A stretch of 63,078 nt of DNA, filler included, from Octopus bimaculoides (GCF_001194135.2; 4 parts of 4 records of this genome joined end to end with filler, not necessarily neighbours in it); one strand, 5' to 3'. Shown: positions 26,712 through 38,503, counted from the first letter of the whole stretch. Program-made: numbers and translations. The notes: generated by a model from the letters alone, not told the origin.

Positions 26712-26849
26712 GGTAAATTTTCAGATTAACACCCGCACGATTTTCACTAGGGTGTTAGGGTTAGGGTTTTAGGGTTAGAGTTAGGGACGGAATTCCGTAA
26801 CCCTAACCCCCTAGTGAAAATCATGCGGGTGTTAATCTGAAAATTTACC
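26712..26849. mobile_element. Fold-back (palindromic) MITE-like element with internal TTAGGG / CCCTAA repeats
   Basis: Arms 26712-26752 and 26809-26849 match at 40/41. The interior has five TTAGGG-like units, a perfect 12-bp palindrome ACGGAATTCCGT, then AACCCTAACCC. No clear TSD. Confidence 0.7.
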
Positions 26850-27272
26850 AAAAAATGTATATAAAATGAATATGACGAACTCCGCCGTCTGGAGTCCATA
26901 AGGTCGTTCATATTCTCAGATAGTAGAGTGACACAAATTAGGTCTACGAACAATTCAGTCTATCCTAACGACCTCCGTCTGGAGTTTATAAGTTTGATCA
27001 TATTATCAGACAAAATACACAGTGACACAAATCAGGTTTGTGAACAATATGGTCCAATTTAGTTATCACAGTAACGTGATTAATGTAAATAAGTAGAGTA
27101 CGCTATTAAGGCATAAGCACAGTACCATGAAGAGTTAACGAGAAGATAGAATAGTTACTACATTGCCTTGCTTCAATTACCGAAAAACAAGTAAAACGAG
27201 TACATATAGAACAATAATGCACAAGAAGCATGGAGTCTATCCATACAGAAATAATAATATATGATTTTAAAC

Positions 27273-27448
27273 TTTAGCACCAGGCCAGCAATTATAGGGG
27301 AGGGGTTCAGACGATTACATTGACCCCGGTGCTCAACTGATACTTATTGTATTGACTCTGAAAGGATGAAAGGTAAAATCAACCTTATCCGAAGAAATGC
27401 TGTTAAACATTTTGTCTGACATGTAAACGATTCTGCCAACTTGCCACC
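27273..27448 (-). mobile_element. SINE family A, decayed copy
   Basis: GACCCCGGTGCTCAACTGATACTTATT..GAAAGGATGAAAGGTAAAATCAACC..ATTCTGCCAACTTGCCACC. Confidence 0.7.
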
Positions 27449-27474
27449 TTTCTATCTGCTCAAAGGATCAAGAG

Positions 27475-27505
<31 letters not shown>

Positions 27506-29103
27506 CTGTGTGTGTGTGTGTGTGGCAATAAGTAATATACACTGTGTATACAAACGCACAGAGTATATATATCATCTTCATAGTTTTATGTCCATTTTCC
27601 ATGCTGTCAAAAGTTGGACAATCCATTACAGACTGAGTGAGTTCTTATTTGGAATTACTGCCCATCTAGACAAGTTGGAGGACCATGCATTATTCATACA
27701 TTTTATTTTAGCATGGTCTATACAGCTGAATGCTCTTCCTATCACCAACTTTACAAAGTGTAGTGCGTTTAGTCAAGACACCACCACAACAACAACAGAG
27801 ATTGTCATATCCTCAACAAGACTGAATATTCAATTCTACCCTCAATTATCACTGTTCATTGGGCAACCACGTGTACTGGGTACACTTTATTGTGGCACCA
27901 GCACTAGGGAGGTTACCAAGTACTCTACCACGCTGAACAGTCTTCTCTACATTGTCTCCATTCATTCAAGTAAAATGTGTGCAAAACAAGTGAATAGAAG
28001 GCAGACTTGGGGGGGGGGACAAGAGGGTGACAGAAAAATATAATGGTAGAAATAGAATAACAGGAGGGAGTGATGAAATAAAAAAAAAATCCATGTTAGG
28101 CACAGGATAGTTGTTGGCAAGGGGAGTGAGAGTAAGATGATTGAATGCATGTGTGTGCCCTCCTTTTATCACCCGTCCCCCTTCTATCACTCCCTTATCC
28201 CTCATCACTTTGTCCATGATGTCTTATCTATGTAAAGGTCCTAAGTTAGAAGGCATGGATAGAGCCAACGCACTATTACAACGTATGTAAACAAATGACT
28301 CTATACGGACGATCAAGATGCTAGAAATAGCAGCCATATTTCACTTGAACCAAAATCTACCATTAAAAAAAAAAAAAAGAAAATTGTTTGCTAAAAGGTG
28401 GGTTAGTCATTATTGGCATACTTTTGATCACAGATCTACTCAATCAATCAGAGCTGATATGGGATTAAACAACTATATTGCACTATCAGTATACTCAGCT
28501 TTGAGGAATTACATTTGTAGAACAGAATCAATAATTATTCTTAACAGACACAAAGGAATATTATTGATTACATTGACCACAGTATTTCAATGGTAACTAT
28601 TTTATCAGTCCTGAAAGAATGAAGGACTAAGTTGACTCCTGAAGGATTTGAACTCAGAACTTTTTCCAATACATAATGTACCACAGCCACATACTCTAAA
28701 GTCTCATTCTGTGATTTAAGGTCACATTGGGTAATGTGATCCTATATTTACTGGTTTAATTCTAATTCATACTCTAATATTCTTTTGTCTTTATCTTTTA
28801 ATTGCTTGTTGAGAGAAGAACAGATATGACCTTTTTCTTTCCTTCATGGATGGTGTGAGAAAGGGAGAAAGTTATCAGAATTGAAGATCTGACCTAAATA
28901 CCAGCAGAGTGAACTCTACTAAAGGAACCCATGCACCAAGAGTTGATAGTGTTCAACTGGGCTACATTTTAAGCCTACCAGCCACAAAGTAGCAGCACAT
29001 CAACTGCCCTTGTGACATTATGTCTGATCCTAAGAAATCCTTATGCTGCAAATGATTGTTGATCACTACCCTGAGGCATTTACACTAGTTGTATTTACCT
29101 TCC

Positions 29104-29488
29104 GTGGAGGCGCAATGGCCCAGTTGCTAGGGCAGCGGATTCGCGGTCACAGTATCGCGGTTTCGATTCCCAGACCGGGCGTTGTGAGTGTTTATTGAGC
29201 AAAAACACCTAAAGCTCCACGAGGCTCAGGCAGGAGATGGTGGCGAACCCTGCTGTACTCTTCCACCACAACTTTCTCTCACTCTTACTTCCTGTTTCTC
29301 TTGTACCTGGAATTCAAAGGGTCAGCCTTGTCACACTGTGTCATGCTGAATATCCACGAGAACTACGTTAAGGGTACACGTGTCTGTGGAGTGCTCAGCC
29401 ACTTGCACGTTAATTTCACGAGCAGGCTGTTCCGTTGATCGGATCAACTGGAACCCTCGATGTCGTAAGCGACGGAGTGCCAACATAC
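29104..29488 (+). mobile_element. Full-length young tRNA-derived SINE (family C) with 11-bp TSD
   Basis: TSD ATTTACCTTCC at 29093-29103 and 29489-29499. Head GGAGGCGCAATGGCCCAGTTGCTAGG (A box) and GTTTCGATTCCC (B box). Over 20 CpGs are retained in an otherwise CpG-poor neighbourhood. Confidence 0.9.
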
Positions 29489-29629
29489 ATTTACCTTCCA
29501 AGCAGTTTCAAACTGAATCAAGAAAAATTCCAATCATCATCTAGAAGCTTGTTAGTCTAAGGGTATGATTCTCGCTTAAGGTATGAGAGGTCCCAGGTTC
29601 GAATGCTGAACAAGCCCAATTGTTTTAGG

Positions 29630-29950
29630 TGCAGGTTTGGCCATGTAGTAAGAAGTTTGCATCCTAACCACATGGTTCCAGGTTCAGTCCCACTATGTGA
29701 CACTCAGGCAAGTGCCTTCTACTACAGTTATATTTATGTGTGTGTATTTGGCCCGTGTTTGTCTCCCCCCCCCCTGCTTGACAACTGGTGTTGGTATGTT
29801 TTCATCCCCATAGCTTAGTAGTTCAGCAAAAGAACCTAATAAAATAAGTACCAGGCTTTAAAAAAAAAAAATGGTACTGATGTCAATTCATTCAACTAAA
29901 ATTCAAGCTGGTGACCCAGCATGATCATAGTGTCTAATAAGCAAGACAAG
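29630..29950 (+). mobile_element. SINE family B, CpG-decayed partial copy
   Basis: GTAAGAAGTTTGC..AACCACATGGTTCCAGGTTCAGTCCCAC, then the TTGACAAC..GGTGTTGGTATG and AATAAGTACCAGGC segments. Confidence 0.75.
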
Positions 29951-30113
29951 TAAAAGAGAGATAAAGACAGATCAGTCATTCAACATTGGTTGTAGAGCAT
30001 AACACCACTTTTGTTTTGATTTTTAAAATATTGAAGAATTTAGGAGAATAACTGTCATTAAGCTGGATTTTGAAACATAAATTAACACAAGTTTGATGAA
30101 AGTTTTAATTTAA

Positions 30114-30317
30114 CCCTTTAGTATTCAGATTCCTCTGTCAAATTTAATGTTCATTTATTCACACTGTCTTGAATTAATCATACATTATCTCATAGCTTAG
30201 AGATTTCAATGATGTGATTATTTTTATTATGACATTGTAGAGTAGGTGTGAAATGTTGGATCTGGTCAGTTTGTACATAAAACAGGCAGAATATTTTGGC
30301 CAGATATGGCTAAAGGG
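30114..30317 (+). mobile_element. piggyBac-type MITE (TTAA TSD, CCCTTTAG TIR)
   Basis: TTAA-CCCTTTAG at 30110-30121 and CTAAAGGG-TTAA at 30310-30321. Related partial copies at ~51505-51680 and ~55028-55225. Confidence 0.8.
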
Positions 30318-31392
30318 TTAAACCAGTTGAAAACAGGAAATTAGTATCATGCAACCAGTGGCAGCCTCAGGCAAGTATCAACAGAGAAAGGAAAAATTAC
30401 TTACAGTACATGTATTAATTCTATAAGATCTTTCTTGACTTCTCCCCAAAACATTTTTGAGCTATAACAATTGAAGCATTGCAATTTCAACTCAATTGGG
30501 TTCTTATTTTGCAAATAGCTATAAACGTGCTTCCTTTTCTCAATCAGACGGTGCCATGTAAAAAGCACCAAGTATATTCTGTAAAGTGGTTAGCATTAGG
30601 AAGGGCACAGCCATAGAAACCATGCCAAAGCCAACAATAAAGGTTGGTGCAGTCTTCTAGCTTATCAGTTCCTGTTAAGCTGTCCAACCTATGCCAGTAT
30701 GGAAAACAGACATTAACTGACGAGACTAGGTCATCAAGTAGTTTAATAATTAGTGTATAAAGTACATTATGTAATACACCATGTCTCTCTAACTAAAAAG
30801 CATAGTCTCTTCACTACTATTGCTATTACAGCAGCTACTATCCCTTAGAGAGGAGTGATCTCTAGCTCCTTCCACTCTGGCCCACCCCCATTAAGCTTCA
30901 CACTAATTTCCATCAGTCCTTCCTCTCCAAAATAAATCCTCTGCCATCCTCATTCGGCCTAAGTTTTCTCTGCAGTTTTAGAGGACTTGTGACAGCCATG
31001 TACAATGGTGTCTTCCTCCAGACAAAAACTATTTAAAAAAATAATAAATGCATATGAATTCTATACTGTATAAAAAATTATTTCTATGCTTTTTGCTGGA
31101 TACTTCTAAAGATAAAAATGAACATTTGACTGAAAGACCACATTCAATTTCAGTGCAGTGAAAACAATACAGTGTCTCAATTTTATCTATCAATCAACAT
31201 CCTGGCTAAACCAAATAGTGATGATGATTTGACAAGTGAATAAAGAAAATTTAAGGATTGAAAGAGCTACATACAATTAAACAAAGCCAGGATAAAAAAT
31301 AAAAAAATTAAAAGCTTATCTCTTATATGCAGCTTCCAGTAATCATGAACTTTTACACTAACAAAAGGATACACATTTGTAGAGGATAACTA

Positions 31393-31627
31393 TAGTTAGC
31401 TGGTGCGTAATTATTGCAGTATTTTTTTTTTTCAACAAATTTTATTCAACAAAAACAATATTTAACAAAAACATCTTTAAATGATGGTCTGACCGTCAGC
31501 CAAGTAAATAGGAAGCAGTAATTGAAGTAGATGGTAAATAAGCTCCAGAATTTGTTACATGTTGTTATTGTTTTTGTTGAATAAAATTTGTTGAAAAAAA
31601 AGCTACAATAATTATGCACCAACCCAA
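31393..31627. mobile_element. Mariner-type MITE with ~57-bp terminal inverted repeats
   Basis: TGGTGCGTAATTATTG..TTCAACAAATTTTATTCAACAAAAACAATA and its reverse complement ending GCACCAACCCAA-TA. The terminus resembles mariner TIRs (TTAGGTTGGTGC); the left tip is degenerate. Confidence 0.75.
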
Positions 31628-31749
31628 TAATACTTAATTCTTTTAGAGCTCAAGTATTTTAACTAAGATATTATAAAAATGACAAATTACGCCCAGATCA
31701 AAACAAAATTCATTAGTTTGCTGTGAGAATTCTATTATATTGCAAGGCC

Positions 31750-32950
31750 ACTGAGGTCAGTGTGCCACTTCTCTTACCAGTCGGACGACTAACCTGGAAC
31801 AATGCAACTCTTCCAAGCTGGATGTTCCAGTCTTCTATAACCATTTATATCTTCAATCTGATATCCAATGTCTTCCACAAGTTAATATATACTCTTCTTG
31901 GTTTGCTAATACTTGTAAGTCAATGCATGGGTTTCCAGAGAAGGAGATTTCTGGATATTTTATCTTCACTTCTCCAGCTGTGTCTTGCATAACATGTTCT
32001 TGCTGGGAATACCATGGTGATGGTAGGAAGACTACCATATGTTTGCTGCTTTGTAGGGCATTGCCACCAAGAAAGCTTGAAAACAGCACAAAGCATTCTT
32101 GTGTATGTATAATTAAGTTTCATTCCTAAGTCTCCTATTCAGTGTCTGTTGAAAAGCCGTAGAGAAGACTAATTCAACGACTGCCACAAAGAAACCCTCT
32201 TCATAAACACAAGCATGGCTGTGTGGTAAGAAGCTTACTTCCCAACCACATGGCTCTGGATTCAATCCTACTGTGTGGCACCTGGAGTAAGTGTCTTCTA
32301 CTATAGCATTGAGTCAACCGAAGCTTTGAGTAGATTTGGTAGACAGAAACTGAAAGAAACCTCTCGTGTGTGTGTGTGTATATTTGTATCAGTGTGTCCA
32401 TCACCGTTTGACAAGCAGTGATGGTGTGTTTACGTCCCTGTAACCTAGCAGTTCGGCAAAAGAGATTGATAGAATAAGTACTAAGCCTAAGAAATAAGTC
32501 CTGGGGTCGATTTGATCGACTAAAATTCCAAGGTGGTGCTCCAGCATGGGCGCAGCCAAATGAGTGGAACAAGCAAAAGAATACCATCGGGAAGGGAAGA
32601 CTTCCATAGAATTCCAAGTCTGTCAAGAGCATCACCTGTTTCTGCAATCCTTGCCAAACGATTTCTATCACTCTACCAGCAATAACTGAAGTATAAAAAT
32701 ATTCTTGTCTGATCCAGACAGTTAACACCTTTTGTTCATATAGCCTGAGAAAAAAAATATTTATTATTTTTAACCATACTAAGCATAATCTGTCAGCCAG
32801 TATAGCACTGCCAGCCAACCATGGCTGCCTTCAAATCTCTAATATGCTGCAGGTATCTAGTTCAGATTTTTTATTAAAGGATAACTTACAGTCTTTCTCA
32901 AACTAGTCCTCGATACCAAAGCAGGTCAAGGACACTCCCCGTCCTTTCTT
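31750..32950 (-). mobile_element. RTE-clade LINE remnant (post-RT C-terminal region), interrupted by a SINE
   Basis: Minus strand gives RIAETGDALDRLGILWKSSLPDG | SINE | FFVAVVELV..KLNYTYTRMLCAVFKLSWWQCPTKQQTYGSLPTI..ARHSWRSEDKISRNLLLWKP..SKPRRVYI. This matches RTE-type motifs (IWKS.L, YTRMLRA..SW..HPT..LYG.LP, AGH.WRS, LLLW.P). Confidence 0.8.
32213..32583 (+). mobile_element. SINE family B, full-length copy nested in the RTE remnant
   Basis: GCATGGCTGTGTGGTAAGAAG head with GGATTCAATCC (B-box-like), central TG microsatellite and CAAGCAAAAGAATA tail; same organisation as 61305 and 59140. Confidence 0.85.
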
Positions 32951-33397
32951 TAAGTCATCAATATTTTTTTAATCCAAACTACAATTAAATGATCCAATGG
33001 TAACAAGGTTATTGAACAATATAGCCAGAAAGGTACTTCAAGTGTTGTCACAGTGTAAATAAATAAAATATTCTATTTGAAATATTTTTTAAAACCTCTA
33101 TAGGCTGAAATGTCGGTGTACAATATAAATACAAACATTACGGTATCGACCAGACTATCAGATGTTATACATCGCTGGTCACAATGCACTTTGCATTGTT
33201 TTAGCATCTACTGGATAGGTGAGCAGGCCAACATTCCCCCAGATCAGAAGACTATTCCGTCGCAGGGTTAACCATTTACAGCTGAGTGAACTGGAACAAC
33301 ATGAAATGAAGTGTTTTGTTCAAAATCATAATGTGCTGCCCAGTTTGGGAATCAAATCCAAACTACTAGGTCATGTGTCTTCACACATGCTAACATA

Positions 33398-33771
33398 CAT
33401 CATCATCATCATCGTCGTTTAACGCCCGCTTTCCATGCTAGCATGGGTTGGACGATTTGACTGAGGACTGGTGAAACCAGATGGCTACACCAAGCTCCAA
33501 TCTGATTTGGCAGAGTTTCTACAGCTGGATGCCCTTCCTAACGCCAACCACTCAGAGTGTAGTGAGTGTTTTTACGTGCCACCCGCACAAAGGCCAGTCA
33601 GGCGGTACTGGCAATGGCCACGCTCAAAATAGTGTATTTTATGTGCCACCCGCACAAGAGCCAGTCCAGGGGCACTGGCAACGATCTCGCTCGAAAGTCC
33701 TTACACATGCCGCGGACACAAGAGCCAGAAAGGCGACGCTGGGCACAGGTGCCACACATGCCTTTTTGACT
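33398..33771 (-). mobile_element. Retroposon family D ((GAT)n-tailed, internal ~60-67-bp tandem modules)
   Basis: Minus strand ends GGAAGGGCATCCAGCTGTAGAAAC..CCCATGCTAGCATGGAAAGCGGGCGTTAAACGACGATGATG, preceded by GTGCCAC-containing modules; homologous to 42054, 42724 and 46282. Confidence 0.85.
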
Positions 33772-33849
33772 TATTCCTCCAAGATTAACAATGATAACAA
33801 AAAAAAAAAAAAAGAATGGTTTCAGTTCACTGTATTCATGAAAATATAT

Positions 33850-33879
<30 letters not shown>

Positions 33880-33881
<2 letters not shown>

Positions 33882-35102
33882 GGGGTTGGACAAAATAATG
33901 TAAACACCTAGCATCATAATTTTGAAATATCTATAAAACTGTCTTTTTTTATTTATTATTAGTGTTGCTTAATATGTTTTGCTAGAATTGCTGTTTCTCT
34001 TCAGATATCATCAGAAAAAGGTAATTAAAATTCATTAAAATGACAGATCTATTGGACTTTCAAAGAGGTCAAATTATTGGTGCTCGTATGGCAGGCGCTA
34101 GCATAACAAAAACAGCCGAAATGCTTGGTGTATCAAGGACTACTGTATCGAAAGTAATGGCAACCTTTGAGAAAGAGGGAACAGCATCCTTGTTGAAACA
34201 AAACACCAGAAGAAAACCAAAACTTTGAGATAGTGACCGTTGAACTCTTACGCGAATTGTTAGAAACTACCACAAAAGTACAGCTTCCAAAATTACTGCA
34301 GAGCTTAATGACCACCTTGAGAACCCAGTTTCCACAAAAACTGTTGGCCAGGGGCTGCACAAAGCCAGATTTCAGTCGTGATTCAGAAAATAACTACTTT
34401 CAAAACAAACATTACAAAGTGTTTACAGTGGAGTAAAAAAACCTACAGAATTGGTTCCTAGAGCAGTGGAAGAATGTTATTTTCTCGAACGAGTCATCCT
34501 TTATTTTATTTCTGACCACTGGCTGAGTATATGAGTGGAGACAGCCAAAAGAAGCATTTGACCCAGGCTGCCTTCTTCCAACTGTAAAACATGGAGAATC
34601 TGTGATGATCTGGGGTGCTATATCTTGGAAATCCACTGGCCCAATGGTTTCCCTTCATGGCAGAATTAATATTTAAGCATTTTATCTGATCAAATTCATC
34701 CTATGGCTGCGGAACTATTTCCGGGGGGAAACACAATCTTTCAGGATGATAATGCGCCAATTCACACAGCTCAAGTTGTTACTGAGTGGCACGAGGAACA
34801 TTCTAGAGAAGTTGAACATCTTATCTGGCCACCACAGTCCCCAGATATCAATATTATTGAACATTTATGGTGCATTTTAGAGAAACAAGTAAGGAGTCGA
34901 TATCCTCCCCCATCACTACAAGAACTGGGGACTGCTTTAGCTGAAGAATGGATAAAAATTCCTATGGAAACAATTCAAACTTTGTACAAGTCCATACCTC
35001 ATAGAATTCAAGCCGTAATTACCGCCAAAGGCAGTCCTACTCCATATTAAAATAAATTTGTTTGAAATTTTAAGGTGTTTCCATTATTTTGTCCAACCCC
35101 TG
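33880..35102 (+). mobile_element. Full-length Tc1/mariner transposon, DD36E (Incomer-like), inactive
   Basis: TIRs CAGGGGTTGGACAAAATAATGTAAACACCT (33880-33909) and AGGTGTTTCCATTATTTTGTCCAACCCCTG (35073-35102) match at 29/30. TA on both sides; 1,223 bp in total. Confidence 0.96.
34040..35050 (+). pseudogene. Tc1-family transposase pseudogene (DD36E spacing)
   Basis: HTH region MTDLLDFQRGQIIGARMAGASITKTAEMLGVSRTTVSKV. VIFSNESSF has the first catalytic D changed to N. TVKHG.SVMIWG is present. FQDDNAPIH..WPPQSPDINIIEHLW has 36 residues between the second D and the E. There are several in-frame stops (some at probable CGA-to-TGA sites) and frameshifts. Confidence 0.93.
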
Positions 35103-35204
35103 TATATATAGTGCAAAGTTGGCCTTGATTGAACATGCTTATAATGAAAGGCATCATTCCAGCGCACATAGTAGAGACGTAAACGGACCCCTCCCCACCT
35201 TAAA

Positions 35205-35304
35205 NNNNNNNNNNNNNNNNNNNNNNNNNNNNNNNNNNNNNNNNNNNNTTAATTAATTAANNNNNNNNNNNNNNNNNNNNNNNNNNNNNNNNNNNNNNNN
35301 NNNN
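35205..35304. other. Assembly scaffold linker, artefact
   Basis: N44-TTAATTAATTAA-N44. Confidence 0.95.
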
Positions 35305-35502
35305 GTTCTTCATCAAAATTTTTGAATTCTTTCGAGTTATTTTAATGAATTGTGATTAGACAAGTCCCGAAGGATAATTTCACATAAAGTGCAACTGTTC
35401 TGTGTGGGATTTATAAAATTAGTTACCATTTTTATATTTTCTACTATTCCTGCAGGCTTTTTCGTAGACTTGTACCCCGCTCTCACTCTCTTTCTCTGGC
35501 AC

Positions 35503-35546
<44 letters not shown>

Positions 35547-36653
35547 GATGTATATATAGATGCCATTCATTTCTAGCGTCCCCTTTCCTTTCGTGATATC
35601 TATATATTCTTTGTTTAGTTCCAAGATCTACCGCCATCCATTGCTTTGAGTAAGATGATAATACGAAGCACGTGGAGAAGAGTGGCAGAAGAAATTCCTA
35701 CCATCTTACCATTATTCTATTGTTGTTGTAGTCTAAGAAATATATACAATCCAGATGTTCTCGCTAGAAGAAATAAAGGTGAAGAATGTCATTGTTAATT
35801 TCTATTCTCCAAGACTTTTCGCTAATTGTTTTCCAACAAAAGACAATTTTTCTCGTTGGCTTTTTCTTTAAATGGTCAATAATAGTTTTGTAGCACTAAT
35901 GAAATTTTGTGTTTGCAATTGTTTAGAATTGCACCGGGATCGACGCAACCGACTCACCCCTCCCCTCAAAAATGCTGGCTTTGTTCCAGAATTAGAATCT
36001 TTTGTTGCTGTTCAACCCCAAATCAATTTTGAACGAGCAGACCCACAATCAAAGGCATTCGCACGATGATTCTCGAGACCTTTCTAGGGTTTCAGGAACA
36101 GGCATTATACAAAGTGTTCTTTCTATGCTTAAGTGCGATTTTAAAGGAATTTGACTGCTTTTCGGGTGGATTCTGCAAGCTAACACGGTATGAAGAAGAA
36201 AGGAAACGAACGTTTCGGAGATTAGCACTTCTTCTGAGAGACAGATTTTGTGTGTGAGTAAACGAAAGTAACACTCAACACATTTGGCTGGAGTTACATG
36301 TATTTAATAACAGTTCGACTTGCCTTCACATTATTTAGATTAGTGGGCGCAGGACACGTCCACCTCGTCAAGTGTTCAAAATCTTCTCAGACGAGGTGGC
36401 CGTGTCCTACGCCCACGAAACTAAGTAATGTGACACGAAGCCAAACACACACACACTATCTCTCTCTCTCTCTCTCGATATATATATTTAGGGGTAGATA
36501 GATATAAAGGTAGGTTTATATTCAAAGAATGTAAATTCGGCCTGTCTTAATTATTTCTTTTAATTTAACTTAAAATATATTTTGTACATTCTTCCCATGA
36601 TAAACTTTAAAATAAACTAAACTTGAAATACAGTGTGTGTGCGTGTATATCTA

Positions 36654-36687
<34 letters not shown>

Positions 36688-37568
36688 AATTATTATTCAT
36701 AAAAACCCGTTAGAGATGCTTCAGCTCTGAGGTAGAAGAATATTGTCACCAGTCTTTTTCGCCCCTCCTGGAGTTCATGAGTAAAATATAAAAGAATTCA
36801 CTCAATCGCTCTCCGCTGTGTTCCAAAGAAGAAAGGAGGGGAAAAAAAGTTGGTGCAGTCAAAAGAAATCTCTAATTTGTCTGTCTTAGCGAGCTTGTAA
36901 GAACAGCGAAATACACGACCGAAATTCATTTGCGTGTCGAAACATTTGCTTTGCAAATAAATATNNNNNNNNNNNNNNNNNNNNNNNNNNNNNNNNNNNN
37001 NNNNNNNNNNNNNNNNNNNNNNNNNNNNNNNNNNNNNNNNNNNNNNNNNNNNNNNNNNNNNNNNNNNNNNNNNNNNNNNNNNNNNNNNNNNNNNNNNNNN
37101 NNNNNNNNNNNNNNNNNNNNNNNNNNNNNNNNNNNNNNNNNNNNNNNNNNNNNNNNNNNNNNNNNNNNNNNNNNNNNNNNNNNNNNNNNNNNNNNNNNNN
37201 NNNNNNNNNNNNNNNNNNNNNNNNNNNNNNNNNNNNNNNNNNNNNNNNNNNNNNNNNNNNNNNNNNNNNNNNNNNNNNNNNNNNNNNNNNNNNNNNNNNN
37301 NNNNNNNNNNNNNNNNNNNNNNNNNNNNNNNNNNNNNNNNNNNNNNNNNNNNNNNNNNNNNNNNNNNNNNNNNNNNNNNNNNNNNNNNNNNNNNNNNNNN
37401 NNNNNNNNNNNNNNNNNNNNNNNNNNNNNNNNNNNNNNNNNNNNNNNNNNNNNNNNNNNNNNNNNNNNNNNNNNNNCCCTCTTTTGTGCCTTTGCAATGC
37501 AATAGACGAAATACATAAAATACACTTGTGTGTGTATGTATGTGTATATATATATTATATATAGTGTT

Positions 37569-37607
<39 letters not shown>

Positions 37608-37787
37608 TGTGTGTGTGTATATATATAATATAGTGTTTTTGTATATATGTATATATATGTGTATTTATGTAGTGTGTGTGTATATATATATATATTGTGA
37701 GTGTGTGCATATCTATATTGTGTATGCATGCCTGTGTGTATGTATGTATATATATAATACGCTTATATATTGTGTGTGCATATCTAT

Positions 37788-37822
<35 letters not shown>

Positions 37823-38275
37823 ATATATATATCTCCGCCAAAAAAAAGCATCACATTGCCATGTACTTCCACAATATTAATATCTTTCTTTGCACTTACT
37901 CTGCCAGGCCATGTGCTGGCCTCATTAACTTTCTGCAAGGTTTCTTAGCCTTAAATAGTTGGCTGTGGATGTTGGAAGTTTTGCAAACGCTTCTGGTTCT
38001 TATGATAGTGGTGGTGGTACTACTACTACTACTACAGCTGGAAGGGGAGAAGGAGTTTAATAGTAAGACATTCTAAGATGCCACCACTGTACCGAATTCC
38101 ACCCCTACCCTGCCAGGAAAGGGAGGGTGGATGCATCCATTCATTCACATTTCTACTACACTTCTTTTCGTTATCCTATAAATAGTAGTCACAGAAATGA
38201 TGAAAGCAATTTGTTGGAGGCTTCAGCAGACAACATCGTCTGTATTTTCACACTTTCTTGCAACGGGTGTACGAT

Positions 38276-38458
38276 ATTCTTTTATTCTTTGACTTGTTCC
38301 AGCCATTTGACTGCGGCCATGCTGTAGCACTGCCTTTTGAGCGAACAAACCGACCTCGGGACTTAATCTTTTGCAGAACCATTAACTTACGGGGACTTAA
38401 AAACACCAGCATCGGTTGCCAAGCGATGGTGGGTGGGGGGACAAATACAGACACACAA

Positions 38459-38503
<45 letters not shown>

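Noticed and set aside
27441-28043. 200-aa plus-strand ORF
   Set aside because: Built from a (TG)n tract and decayed family D/LINE sequence.
29104-29175. tRNA-like sequence
   Set aside because: It is the head of a TSD-flanked SINE, not a stand-alone tRNA gene.
32201-32818. 205-aa minus-strand ORF
   Set aside because: A chance read-through of an RTE remnant and an antisense SINE B copy.
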